A DNA stretch of 64,000 nucleotides. Source: Phoronis australis. Its lineage: Eukaryota > Animalia > Phoronida. The translations under genes were made by a program, and so were the position numbers. The first letter of the stretch is position 1. Every line of letters begins with the position of its first letter. The notes beneath the pieces were generated by a model. The model did not search any database, was not told where the DNA came from, and saw only the letters and a program-made list of their open reading frames with translations. The DNA is taken from positions 124,001-188,000 of the forward strand of contig NMRA01000222.1 of the NCBI GenBank assembly GCA_002633005.1, read 5' to 3'. This document shows, one piece after another, positions 1-13,300 of the stretch.

Positions 1-1437
1 ATCATGCGTTTCAAAGTTATGTAGAAGCCTAGAAAAATGTCCAAATTTGGCCAACTTCGGAACGTCACATCTCAAAAATGGCCGACAGTATTCATATCAA
101 ACTTCCATATAACATGCTTCACGCACTGTTCGTCAAAACCCTCTCTAGAAGTGTTTTTAAAATGTCCAACTTTTGCATGGGGGGATATCAAAAAGTTGTA
201 ATGACGTTTTTAGCATTCCATTTTGAACATTTACATTAACCAATTTTTTGTCACATTGTAATACCGCTATAATAAATTCTACTATCACTGTACTAATTCT
301 TTTTTTAACTAAAAAGACATGGTTACATGACAAAATTAATGTCAGATTGGTGAAAAGTCAAAAGTCAAACTCTACAGGCTTTTAACTTTCAGAAAATGTA
401 TAGTTTACAGCCAGGGTTAAAATCTACACTAATATGACAGTCAAAAAGGTCCTGCATAACCGTTAATTATTTATTGAAACCATTATCATACACAGCCACA
501 TTACAAAAAATCTGAGCTGGAGAAGCAAACTGTTGCATGCAGCATTGTATTCGCGATATCAAACCTTTGAGTCCATTCTTACATTTGTATGTTACGCGGA
601 GCCATTGGCACACTATGCACAATTCATACGACGGGTTGATCGATACAAAATGACAATGTGGGTGAAGTTGAACCTTGTTACAAGGTATATAAAGGGACCT
701 TCGAATATGCGAGTTTATTTTTGCAACCAAGGTAGACTTTCAGTTTCATAGATTACGTAAAAACAAGACAGTATGTAATATCACCGTTGACACTCCTAAG
801 TGAGCTAAACTGTAATGTTTGACTGGAGTTGTTTCCCGTCGCTACACTTTTATGCTCGGCAACAAGATCAGGAGTTGTGGTTAACTATTTCACGGCAATA
901 ATGACATCAAAGGAAAAACTGTTTGTTTTTAGCATTCAGTGGTGTTGTATTGTTAAGTTTGTTTCCGTAAATCCCCAGCTGTCCATTGTTCAATCACATT
1001 AGGTGCTACTGTACAAAATAATATGAAGAATATTATTTTGCTTAACGTTCAGAATGTGAAATTCACGAGGCAAGATCAACTGTTCAGAGTCATTGTTCAC
1101 CACCTCGACCAACTGATCAGGAACAACTTTGTACATGCCAAGAAGCAATGGCATTCTTTTAAAGCTGTACTTTGCATGGTTTAGATGGCTAAAAAGCAAA
1201 AATTGAGAATTAGGCCTTTCATTCGGACAAAGACGGTCTCTCAATATTTGTTACCATGATAAGATTCTATTTCCGTTATGAGCAAGACTATCAAAACCAT
1301 CAGAGACTTAAGAAAATGCACCAGAATTTATTAAGGTTAGAACATATCACAGAAATTTATTAAAAACCTCAAAACATTGGTTAAAAGCCCACATAAACAG
1401 CTAAACAGTAGTGAAGACGAAAGTAACTCTCCCTCAC

Positions 1438-1495
1438 CAAGCTAGGCATAGAAGAAGCGATGGTCACAGGTGCAATACGCCCAGTCACCACTACC
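1438..1495 (-). other. candidate alternative/poison exon downstream of RanGAP
   Basis: Bounded by cttttacag and gtgagg; in phase 0 it reads GSGDWAYCTCDHRFFYA* with the stop 4 nt before the donor. Splice signals only. Confidence 0.3.
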
Positions 1496-2704
1496 CTGTA
1501 AAAGCCCATCCTGTTAATTAACAAACCACAAGGGTGTTCATAAAGCCAACCTTGAATGTAATTTTGTTACTTTAGATGTATTGGGCTAATCAGGTAGTCC
1601 TAGCAAAGCCTTAGTAAAATAAGAAAACCCAAGTTCAATCATGCAAATGTAAGCCTGTCAAATTATAGGTGAAGCTGCCCTTTTGTGCCAGCGCAAACAA
1701 CAAAAGGTTGTATTGAATAGGAGTCTGAACAGAACACCAATGCCTGTGGGGCAGCTGTTTGAATTATAAGGTGATTCTTGCAGTGATGTAGACAAAAGCA
1801 AGCCAACACGCCTAACAGATCATTACATTTGTCAATTTATGGCACTAGTGGGCTCAGATCGATGCTCTTAACATATTGTAGGAACCAAATTTACAGGTGT
1901 TAGCGTTGATAGGTTTTAAAGCGGGTGCTCCCGAGCACTTGCTTCATGAACAACATTTAGCAAGGAAGCGCTCACGATCACTCTCAACAGGCGGTTTGCT
2001 TAGAAATCCAGGTGGCGTCAGACATTTCCTTAGAGTTTCTAGGTGATTACCATGATCACGTATATACAAGATTGGTGGAGGTAATTGAAAATTTGCTACA
2101 GAAATAATTTAATAGTGTAAGCTTGTCTTATATTAATTATTAAAAACTTTCTTTGTTTTCTGAAGCGAGTGGACTCTCATCCTTCAATATCAAGTTCTCA
2201 CTTAAGGCGGGCGTGCACCCAGTTGAGCAGGCCTCTGATAAAACACTTCCGAGTTTCCTTTACAACTTAATTGTTTATTTGCCATATGGAATATTCCAAG
2301 ATTAGGACGGCAATGTATGACTGAGGGAAAAGCCTTCCACTTTCTCCAACTCAGCGATGATTGTTCGCTTGGAAAATTGCAATAATTAATGACAGACAGT
2401 GATATTAATAAAACCACACTACTGGGCATCTAAAATGTCAAACGCTTAAAACACATGCGATACATACAGATACTAAAAAGAGAACATGGAAAAATGTTCC
2501 AGCAATGACAAACCGTAAAATTTGCACCAGTCGGACAAGCAGCTGTCAGATTTTTGCTCAACTCCGACAAAAGATCCACATTACGGTTGTTCAAAATTGT
2601 GCGTACAGCCCTTCAGATAAGTCAGATTTCACCTTTCTCAGATTAATTCTCTTTGTCCTCTTGGATCTGATTTATGCATAAAAAGTTTTACAATTACAGT
2701 ATCT

Positions 2705-3966
2705 AACTAGAAAGATTATTGTCACGGCGTGACAATAACGGACTCTGCGCGTGCGTATTACTGGAATTATTATGGAAAGTTACTGACAGCAACCCGTTTA
2801 CCAATATGAAAAGGAATTCTTTAAAATTATAGGAGAAAATACATATTAATTTTTCGATGACCTTTACACTAATTGACCTCTTGCGGTGCATTATGAGCCC
2901 CGATGAGGGAGTAATTGTTAACTCGATTAAAAGTGTGGTTAATGCTAATAATCACAGATGTTTTACTTTAAGCACTTCAGAATACAAGATGAATGAAGTG
3001 GTCAAACTTTCAGAAGAAAAATGCACCTAATGACCCCATGGGTGCACCAAATGACCTGAAAATTTAAAATTCAAACTCAATCGCACTTGGTAAACAGATA
3101 CGTAATTCTGAAGTCTCTAGCTCAAAATTTTAGTTTGCACTCAATGACCTTTGACCTATTTTTTCTGATTGGTTAAGCCTGTTATGAAGAAAAGTAGGGT
3201 ATTCAATTGGCATGTTGACTTACACAAGTGTGCTGAAATTGAAAAGAATTCCTTGAAAAACGTAAGAGATATAACATTTTGAACGTTACATGACCTTTGC
3301 ACTAATTGACCTGATCCGGTTCATTTTAAGCATCTTTAAGAGAAGTATTGCAAAGCCCATGGAAAATGTATTTAACGCTGAGAATCACAATTGTCTAACG
3401 ATTGACACATCAGAATACTTGTTGATTGAAAAGGTCAAATTTTCAGAAGAAAAATGCACCTAATGACCCCATGTTTGCACTAAATGACCTTAAACTTTGG
3501 ATTCCGAATTGAATTACCTGTGACAATCAGACCTGTCAATTTGAGGTGTCTAGCTCAAAATTTTAGTTTGTACCTAATGACCTTTGACCTATTTCACCTG
3601 ATTGGATGATCCGATTACTTAGAAAAGTAATTTTTTAAATTGGCATGTTGACTTATACCTGTGCACGGAATTTGAAAAAGATAGCTTTAAAACTGAAGGA
3701 GGAGTAGCATTTTGAAAATTATATGACCTTTGCACCAAACGACCTCTTTCGGTGCAATATGGAATATGATTATATAACCAATCAAAATTTATATACTGTC
3801 AAAAGTGATATGCTGAATTTAAAGACCGTACCTGCACCCAATTTGGAGTTATTAAGCCTCAAAGTTGGTCGGAAGAAGAATAAGAAGAATAAGAAGAATA
3901 AGAATAAGAATAAAATTGAAGAAAACCCAGGAACAACAGTTCTCTGCGCTTACACGCGCAGAGTAA
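2705..3966. mobile_element. Helentron-associated non-autonomous element (HINE-like)
   Basis: Starts AACTAGA with palindrome ttattgtcacg/cgtgacaataa. Subterminal inverted repeat actctgcgcgtg (2742-2753) / cacgcgcagagt (3953-3964). Two internal ~430-bp tandem units rich in tgacctttgacc, an (aagaagaat)n microsatellite, and terminal hairpin tctgcgc-ttacac-gcgcaga. Confidence 0.65.
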
Positions 3967-4274
3967 TAAATAACAAATTTAGTACCAACAGCAATAAACT
4001 TTGCACAGTCCATTGCAGTGGCCTAATGATTAGAGACTGCACTACACAAAGTCTAAGCGCTTCCTTGGTCTTCTTCAAACTTGATATTCCAGAAAGCTCT
4101 TGAATTATAATCACTTCTACGGTCCATTTCCGACCTGGATATGTCTTAGATTCCACATTCCTCATAATTCTCTCCAAACAAAAAAACCAAGATCATCGTC
4201 CCCAGACTGGCCCAAATAAATTACTGTGCAGCAGACGTTAAGTACTCAAGCTATCAGTGTCAATTTGTTCAGTG

Positions 4275-4322
4275 TCATAGCTTGAGGTTGCCTAGTTGAT
4301 CAGCCAGATCCGAGGAGGACCC
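4275..4322 (-). CDS. RANGAP1: RanGAP terminal coding exon [15 protein letters not shown] (NES-like)
   Basis: Acceptor ttgcag|GGG at 4322 is phase 0, matching the preceding exon ending RKE|gtgagt; it encodes L-x3-L-x2-L-x-L and then TGA. Confidence 0.7.
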   Translation of the reverse strand, partial: GSSSDLADQLGNLKL

Positions 4323-7300
4323 CTGCAATTCAACAAATGCTCAAAGTTACCATGAAGTGCATGGACACAAAAACACAACAGCTTCGACAAACTGAGAACA
4401 CCAAAATACCACACATGAACCTCTGCGATATTTAGTGTTTATTTCGAAAAGAATGTGTAGGACACTCTGAGCATTTGTTGATTTAGAGGAGCAAGCGACT
4501 AAAGAATGTCTAAAGAGCTTGGCCACAACTCAGCACCTAAACTCGGGCACACATGAATCAAGCTCTACGTGAAATGACAATCATCAAGGGTATCAAAAAT
4601 GGCAGGATCAAATATTAACCACACAAAAGGCTAACATTTACGCAGTCAACTGGCAGTTTCTGCCAGGTGTTAACATATAAAGTGAGTAAAAACCAGAAAA
4701 GGTTTATAAGCAAGTTTTAGGCAAAAAAAACGAATGCTAAAAATGTGACGTTTACCTACGGTCCTATGACTTGCAGTAAGAACACATTTCATCAATCCTG
4801 ATGTTCTACAATTGATAACTCAAGTCTTCAGGAATGTGTAAAATATCACCAACTTAAAAAATGCAACCACCTGGGACAGTGCATTTTTTATTTTCTTACT
4901 CTGTTATAGAAGACAGAATAAATGTTTCACCATTTTCAAGTCCTCTACAGTAACGACAACCGGACGTTTTGAAAAAGTGCACTCACTGACAGTAATACCA
5001 ACTAGAAGTCTCCAGTAACTATTTGTGTCCAAAATTGGTGACATTTTACCATACACTTTGCTCTAATGTACAAACCAAGAATACACTCACTTCTTTCCTT
5101 GGACTGGGTGTGATGGACACCCCTCTGACCTGCAGTTCAGGGTCGGCCACTTCTTCACCTTCACTCTCACCTTCACTACCCTCACCCTCCTGTAAACCAA
5201 GTAAAGCACAGCCAGGTGAGAAACAAAACGGCCAAGTTCATGGACAGATAAAACAAGTGATGCGAAGTCAAAAAATGACCCGCACAACATATACTCCAAC
5301 CACAGTATGGACATGGAAAACTACTGAATCAGTGCTCCGTACAGCTTACAGTAATTTTGAAGCTGTATTTCTTTGGTTAAGTCGACCGGTAATAACCAAG
5401 ATCCACAACAGCTCTCACCAATTGCAAACCTAATGCTGTACTACCAGAGTTGCTCAAACGTTCACCTTCAATTTCCATTCTATAGCGTATAATTCTGAAA
5501 CATACTGTTTCCCATGGTTAATAGTTCCCCTTAGATTTCAAAACGCAAACGTGACAACAACCAGCCATCAGACCCAGCTTAAGGCAACAGACCTGCTCCT
5601 CATCACCTTCGCCGTCTCCACCACTATCCACGCCTTCGTCTTCATCACTATCGATGCCTTCGTCATCACTGAAACAAGCACACACAAACATGACGCTGTA
5701 GTCAGACAGGCAGAATGAAATGCATTCACAGGGTCGGCAAAGTTACTTTGGTGTCTGTTAGCTTCTGGAAGCTACACGACTCGTAAACTAAAGATTTCCC
5801 AGAAACGTAGGGGGAAATTTAGATCAAAATACATTTCCCAAGTTTAAAAACAGTTTTACTTTCTATTCGCTCACCATCGCCAAGGTAACGCTGTACATTT
5901 TTGCTCGTCATGGTAGCTTAGGGCTGTTCCAGCAAAATCTGTATGGGAGGGGGGGGAAGGCACTTTTATTTTGTACCCACCGCCCATATTTTTCATTTAT
6001 TTCTCCAACCCATGACCCATAATTTTTTAATTATTTTTAATAGGTTAAAATACAAAATCCAACACTTGCAAACAAATTGCCTCCAGGAGGACCTGTTAAG
6101 AACTTAGATGACTGACAGACAAGAACTAGTTGTCTTGTCCAATATTGTCAAAAACTAAAGTAGCCTGTGAGCAATACTTTTGGCAGCCACCAGGTGTCTC
6201 TGTTTACCATGTGTCTATAATTTCAATGAACATTTTTTCATTTATAAGGATCTATGAATCTCAAACTGTCTCCACGAACTCTTCTATACTTCTATGTCAA
6301 GTGAATATTGGAACTTGTTTATCTTAATCCTCATACTTTTTACTTAAAAATCATCAATTTTCTTATACGTGTTAACACCAGTTTAGTGTTGCATAACTTT
6401 TCAATTCAATAGGACTGCAGACAAACAGTTGGCTCAAATCAAGTTGCCCATGACTTGATTAATGGCTTAGTGAACATATTGCACTCTGTTCACTGGCAAT
6501 ATGGGCTTTTTTGTATTTGGATAAGTTAGGACAATTGCATTTTTTTTTAGTTTTTACGGCTGAAGTAACCAACCTATCGACATTAACAGGTAAAAAAAAT
6601 ACCACCCATTTTTAATGCATCACTTCTTACAGGAACGACCACCCATAATTTGAGTTTTTTTCTGAAGACCACCACCCATGAATTTTTATTTCTACTGCCG
6701 TCCCCCCCCTCCCACACGGATTTTACTGGAACAGCCCTTAGAGCAACTTTTGTTGATTTTAAAAAACAAATAGAAACATCCCTAATGTGTACCTTAACAG
6801 TACTTAAACTATTAACTGAAACAATCAAAGTACGTACAGAAAATCAACTCTTGAATGGCATGGAAGGAAACCCCGGATTGCCTGCATAGTACAAAAATCT
6901 TTTCGGAAATGGACTAAATAAAGATCAGACAACTGATATGTCAAGTCTGAAATATGAAGCAAGAGTCCAAAAAAGACTTGACTCTGTCCCATTTCCACAC
7001 GGTGCAAAAATGCTCCTAAACTTTTCTATCAGTTACACACTGCACACCTGCTCACACAGGAAAAACTGTTCTTCCATGTTTAACATGTCCGAACTAAGCA
7101 GATAAAAACTTACCTGAGTGACCCCAGACAGCCGCCTTTCCCTATCGTATCCAATGTGCCTCGCACAATCTCAATACCTTCCTCTCCTAGCTGGTTACCT
7201 ATTAATATCAAAAAAATCTGTTAACCTCGACAAATTACCCACTAACACAGCCAAAAACTCAATAACAAGATTTTCATTATAAAATACAATGTCCCTTCAT

Positions 7301-10300
7301 GGAACACGGAGACCAATACATATTTCATGTGAATGTGAATTTAAAAGAGGGGATCACAGTTTAAAATCATGCTGTCAAATTACCAGTTTTGCCGCAGGAT
7401 GTTTAAGGACTGGCACATCAAAGCCCAGGCAGCAAAATAATTATGGAATAAATGATGTCCATCCAACAGAAATTGTTTCTTGGCTACCATTTAAGATTCA
7501 GTTAGCCCGAAAAGTTAAAATATAGAATTCAATCATACCACTACAATCAATAAATTACCATTCAGTTCAAATTTTTCCAAGTGTTCCTTGTTTTCCATCG
7601 CCTCAGCTACTTCATTGGCTCCAGAGTATCGGATCTCATTAAAACCTAAATTGAGTTCCTGGAATAATAAGAGAAATGCAAGTGCCCCTACTAGGTTTTC
7701 ACAATCTGCAACAAACACACTTCACTTTTCCAACACCAGAAGCAGGGCTTGGAATGACCAATGACAACAAAAACGCGGAAACTTTTAAGGCACAAATCAT
7801 GCGCGCTACCCAGCCTTGAGATGGTCGATGTGAACCTTTCCCCGACAAAAATCGGGAGGACTAAAAAAACAAACAAAAAACATTACCACCATCAGTAGCA
7901 TGCGTCTATATCCTTTTAGCTCGTCCGTCCACACCCAATCCACACATTTTTGGCTGCAGAGCTGTAGTATTTGTCGCCGCGGTTTACAATAACACGAGAC
8001 GCCATTGAAAATCCCACCACGCTATCCCAGATGCCCCGGCAATGTTGACAATTTACGTTCCTCCGAAACAAACATGAAGAGCAACTTCTCCTTTTTGAGG
8101 TGAACGTCGTCTGCAACGCCGCAGTAAGAACGGAATTTGCCGCGAAAATTTCATATCAAATCCGATTTTTTTTACGCGGAAATATAACAAAATGTGCGGA
8201 CAGAACATTTGAAAAAAGCAAAAATCCACGTTTCCGCGGAAAATTCCAAGCCCTGTGCTCCATTGGCTAGTCACCCAGCATTCTATGTTTAAGAACAAAT
8301 CCTGGGCTTCAAGGTGTCGTGAGATGTAAACATCCTGTTTCTCAACTGCCATATAGTTTCATTATTCACAGTGAATTAAGCTTCCGCAACTACACGCATG
8401 TAACACATGAATCATCTCAACAGTGATTGGAATTTCAATTCTCCCAATCAAATGTAGCGATATTAGTGTTTACATCCACCAACAATAGAGAATAGGTCTG
8501 ATTTTTATGCGAGACTCGAGTGCTTTTAATGTAAACAGCAACTTGTGAGATGAAAACTATAGCAATGAAGTTGATGGAAATGAACTGGAATGAGTACAGC
8601 TGGTAGTAATGACTGTAAATAGCTCCATGTTCGCTCAATCCAGCGATACTGGCATCTACAGTATTGGTGGGCTTGGGCATGGGGGCTTCTATGACTGGGC
8701 AACATGAACAGCAAGTGATATCGACAAGGCAAATCAAGATAAATGGTGAATTTCTGTTGTTTTTTAGTTTCTGTGCACTGGGGAAAATATTTGGAGAAAC
8801 TTGGAATAATTATCAACCACATTACCAGTGCCAAAATGATGTAAAATTTGGGGATTGCCGGATTACTCAGTGCCGATACACTGCCTGTGGTGTCAAGACG
8901 CACCTGGCTGATCATGCCAGCATTTGAGTGCAAATTTCGAATAACCTGAACTTTTAGAGAGGCAACTGCAATCACCGATTTTAGGAAATAAGTGAGCAAG
9001 GCATTGGAATGTATATTCTATTAGCACTGACTCCAGGATTTGTACTTTTAAGGCAATGTGACAATAAGGGGAATACCTGGCGATTCATTGCAACCATTTT
9101 CAATTCATTCAAACACAGCACAAGAATGTAATGACGTTTCCTTAGAAGTGCAAAATATGTCTGTGAAGAAAGTTGATGTTTTTAATATCAGGATGTGGTT
9201 TATAGTGATGTCAACATTTAACGGAGTAACTTGAATCATTTTACTTCACAAAAATTGTGTTAAAGTCTTACTTCCTTGACTACGGTAAAGTGTTATCAAT
9301 TTAAGACACAATATGGTGGACAAGTGAACTTTTATTTTTGATTTGTTCAAATGATATGAAGGACCAAATAATGCTTGGCCACGTTCAAGTACCCAGTAAT
9401 TACTATCAGAAGGTGCCATGAAGATTTGTGGCCGGTCATGTGTACTTAGGAAACTGTGAACAATAAAAATTATCAATTTTGACAATCATTTTTTCACAAA
9501 ACTTTTGAAACTTTAACGGATCTGGAGAAATGGTAAAGTCACTTCACTTAAACAGAATATCCTAAAAATAAAACAGCACCGCTAAGCCCAAACTTCACAC
9601 AAAATAACATGAATCAAAAATGTCTAGTACAGTAATTTTTCGCCTATTTAGAACACGATGTGACAGACATGTGAAATCCATTTTTGCCAAAGTTCACCAC
9701 AAAAATAAAACTCAAGAAAGTGATAGTCTACTTTCAGCTTGATTTGTACCATGTAGATGGTGAAATTGCCATCACTTGTAGCAAGATAATAGGCCTTAGA
9801 AAAAACTGTTAAATGAGTTTTAACAATTATTTTTGTGCATAATAAGATGAGAATTACCGTATTTATAACCCGAATGTTAGCCAACCTCGCCTATTCTAAG
9901 ACAAGACTTTTTGTCCTCACCAATTCAGTTACAAGAAAGAAATAACAGCTTTACACGGGCCCGAAAAAAAAACTCTGCCTAGAGACTGAGGGCCAGTCAC
10001 GAATTGATTCACTAGCATGCACATGTTGGGATGACAAGTTAAGCAACTACACCAAAGTAAACCCCAAAGAGACAATGCAAAAACTAGAACCTACTCTGAC
10101 ACGTGTGAGATCCTTCAGACCTTCAGCCAAGGCTATTGCTCCTTCAGTTCGTATTAAACAGTCGCCAAAGTTGATGACTTCTAAGCCTGTTAACTGTGGT
10201 AAAGCCTGTTGAGAAGACAAACGTTATGTGTACATTTATGACATCAGCATTCGTCGATGATAGTTTTAATCATAAATTCATGCAAAAAGCGTAAACGTTA

Positions 10301-13300
10301 TCAAGATTGTAGTTTGCAACAACAGCGTTTGTATTTGATGATTTTCATTTCCTTTGTCAGGTACAAAAGTTTTTCCACTAGAACGAAATGTGAAACGAGG
10401 TAGACTTTTGTCGCACTCGCCTGAACGTCGGAAAGTGGTCCCAATCAAAAAAGGGGCTAGTTCACATCTGCTTTAACTAAAGCTGCATTCACACATAAAG
10501 ATTCCACAGGAATAAGATGACCCAGAACCAACAAACAACTGAACAGAATCAGCTGGAGCAACACCAGTGTATGACGATTATCTTCAATTTTTTGTGCTAG
10601 ATAGACTTGTCCCCGATGAACACGCCTATGTCGTAATTACTTGTGCGGATACTTGTTAAAAGAGTTCAGACGAGGACTTTCCTTCTGCTATGTATGTGCA
10701 GAGTGAACGTCATCTATAAGCCCCATTACACCAACTTATTTCCAGATTGTTCATGCACACCTTAAAGTGGTAAGCAACCATTTTTGACATTTCCTTAACT
10801 TTAACATACAGAACCCTGGCGGTCTTGCTGAGACAATTATTAAGAATTATTTAACTGTTCCAGGGCCTGTAGTTACTATCTAACGTGATTTACGAACATG
10901 CATTCTGTATATTCCAACTACTTTCAACAGCGAGTCATCAAACATTGTGGTTGCTCAGTAGTATTAAACACTAAACCAAGATGTGGAGCTTTTGCTAGGC
11001 CACTTACAACATCACTTTCCATTGTTGCATGGAGAGCATGAAAATCTGGGCTGGGTAGAATAAATCTTAGGGCTGTTCCAGTAAAATACGTGTGGGAGGG
11101 GGGGGACGGCAGCAGAAATAAAAATTCATGGGTGGTGGTCTTCAGAAAAAAACTCAAATTATGGGTGGTTGTTCCTGTAAGAAGTGATGCATTAAAAATG
11201 GGTGGTATTTTTTGACCTGTTAATGTTGACAGGTTGGTTGCTTCAGCCCAACACATCTCCAAAGAAACCAAAACTCAAAAAATGCAATTGGCATATATCC
11301 TAACTTATCCCAATACCAAAAAGCCCATATTGCCAGTGAACGGAGTGCAATATGTTCACAAAGCCATTAATCAAGTCATGGGCAACTTGATTTGAGCTAA
11401 CTGTTTGTCTGCAGTCCTATTGAATTGAAAAGTTATGCAACACTAAACTGGTGTTAACACATATAAGAAAATTGATGATTTTTAAATAAAAAGTATGAAG
11501 AGTAAGCTTAACAAGTTCCAATATTCACTTGACATAGAAGTATAAAAGAGTTTGTGGAGACAGTTTGAGATTCATAGATCCTTATAATTGAAAAAAATGT
11601 TCATTGAAATTATAGACACGTGGTGAAAAGAGACACCTGGTGGCTGCCAAAAGTATTGCTCACAGGCTACTTTAGTTTTTGACAATATTGGACAAGACAA
11701 CTAGTTCTTGTCTGTCAGTCATCTAAGTTCTTAACAGGTCCTCCTGGAGGCAATTTGTTTGCAAGTGTTGGATTTTATATTTTAACCTAATAAAATAATT
11801 AAAAAATTATGGGTCATGGGTTGGAGAAATAAATGAAAAATATGGGCGGTGGGTACGAAATAAAAGTGCCTTCCCCCCTCCCATACAGATTTTACTGGAA
11901 CAGCCCTTATCTCAAGTTTGAGTGTTGCACAACACAAAATGCATTGTTCAACAATTGCAACGTGATGCGCGAGGACGAAACATCATTGTTGCTATTCAAC
12001 GCATTTCTTTTATGCAAATGGTGCAGAGCAATAGCAATCAATGGCAAAAAAGACTAAACAGGGAATCTACACTTTTAATAATAAAGGATATCAAAACGGT
12101 TTTCCTGTCAACATCTTGATGAAATGGTTGGACAACGGGCAACTTTGACCATAAAAGACGACCTCAAATGCAACACCGTCCATAGGCTCTTACACAAATT
12201 ACACAACCCTTAGTCAGTTCCAACACAGTCTTCTCCCCCACGTTTTCTAGATCATACTAAAAACTAGTTGGTGTGACAGGGGCCCTTCTGATAGCAATTT
12301 GGTACCAATCGACAGATCAAGAACAGATCAAAACTGTAGTATAACGACTTAAAATAAGAACAAACCATGGCCATATCTTTGGCACCTTCAGCGGTGAATG
12401 TGTTGTCGTTTAAGTTGATAATTTTTAAATTCTTATTTTTCGCAAAAGCTTTCGCCAGTGCTTTAACACCTGGCGGGTTGATACCATTCTGTGGCATCTG
12501 TACTTCCTCTAGTGATCCCATAGCCTGGAAGGGAAAAGGACAACACTATTAACAGGTGAGAGCATAACACTATTAACAGGTGAGAGGGCAACACAATTAA
12601 CAGGTGGGAGGACAACACATGTTTACCCATGGTTATCTTGTTTCTCCAAAGTGTTCTGCATTCACGTTCAGTCAGAAAACACTTACTAGTAACCAACACC
12701 AACTGTGTTCAATTGCGTATCAAGACATTTTGGTTGTTCAGTGTCAGTGAAAGGAGAACCAAGATGCAATCCATTTGCTGAGCTGATTAAGTTACGTTCT
12801 ATTGTTGCACAGTAACTGTCTTTCCAAGATAATCATGGATCTGTACCAAAAGAAATATCCAAAATGGTGCCGTTGCTTTGAACCTCTAAAGAAAAAAATA
12901 TAATCATTCAGAGTTTCATAGACTTTCCCCGAAATGATTGTCATCTCGCTAAACAACAGTACAGAATATAGTGCACAGAGAGAGTAGGAACCCACTTCCC
13001 ATTACAAAAGCAAACATTTGATTTAGACCCTTATTGACATGAAATTAGTATCAAATTATTCCGCAGTCAAATAAGATGCGATTTCTCAGCTTGAGAAGAA
13101 CCGACAGAATATAATGACAAACGGTCATTTTCCAAGCCCAGAAACCACATTTCAATTCAGTCGGGAACAAGTTGAGCTCTGACAGTAATTTTGTGGTGGT
13201 CTAAATTAATTTTTTGTTGGAAGCTTTATAGCATTTTCAATTCCTTTACCAGCAATTGCAAAGCAAAAGATATCCACTAATGGTCTCCTTATTTAGACAC

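Noticed and set aside
4246-4287. AUGA…AA…GA pattern suggesting a SECIS or selenocysteine readthrough at the RanGAP stop
   Set aside because: Spacing is too short for a SECIS helix II, and several in-frame stops including UAG follow.
8435-8999. Overlapping 87-157 aa ORFs in a RanGAP intron
   Set aside because: No recognisable motifs or consistent splice structure.
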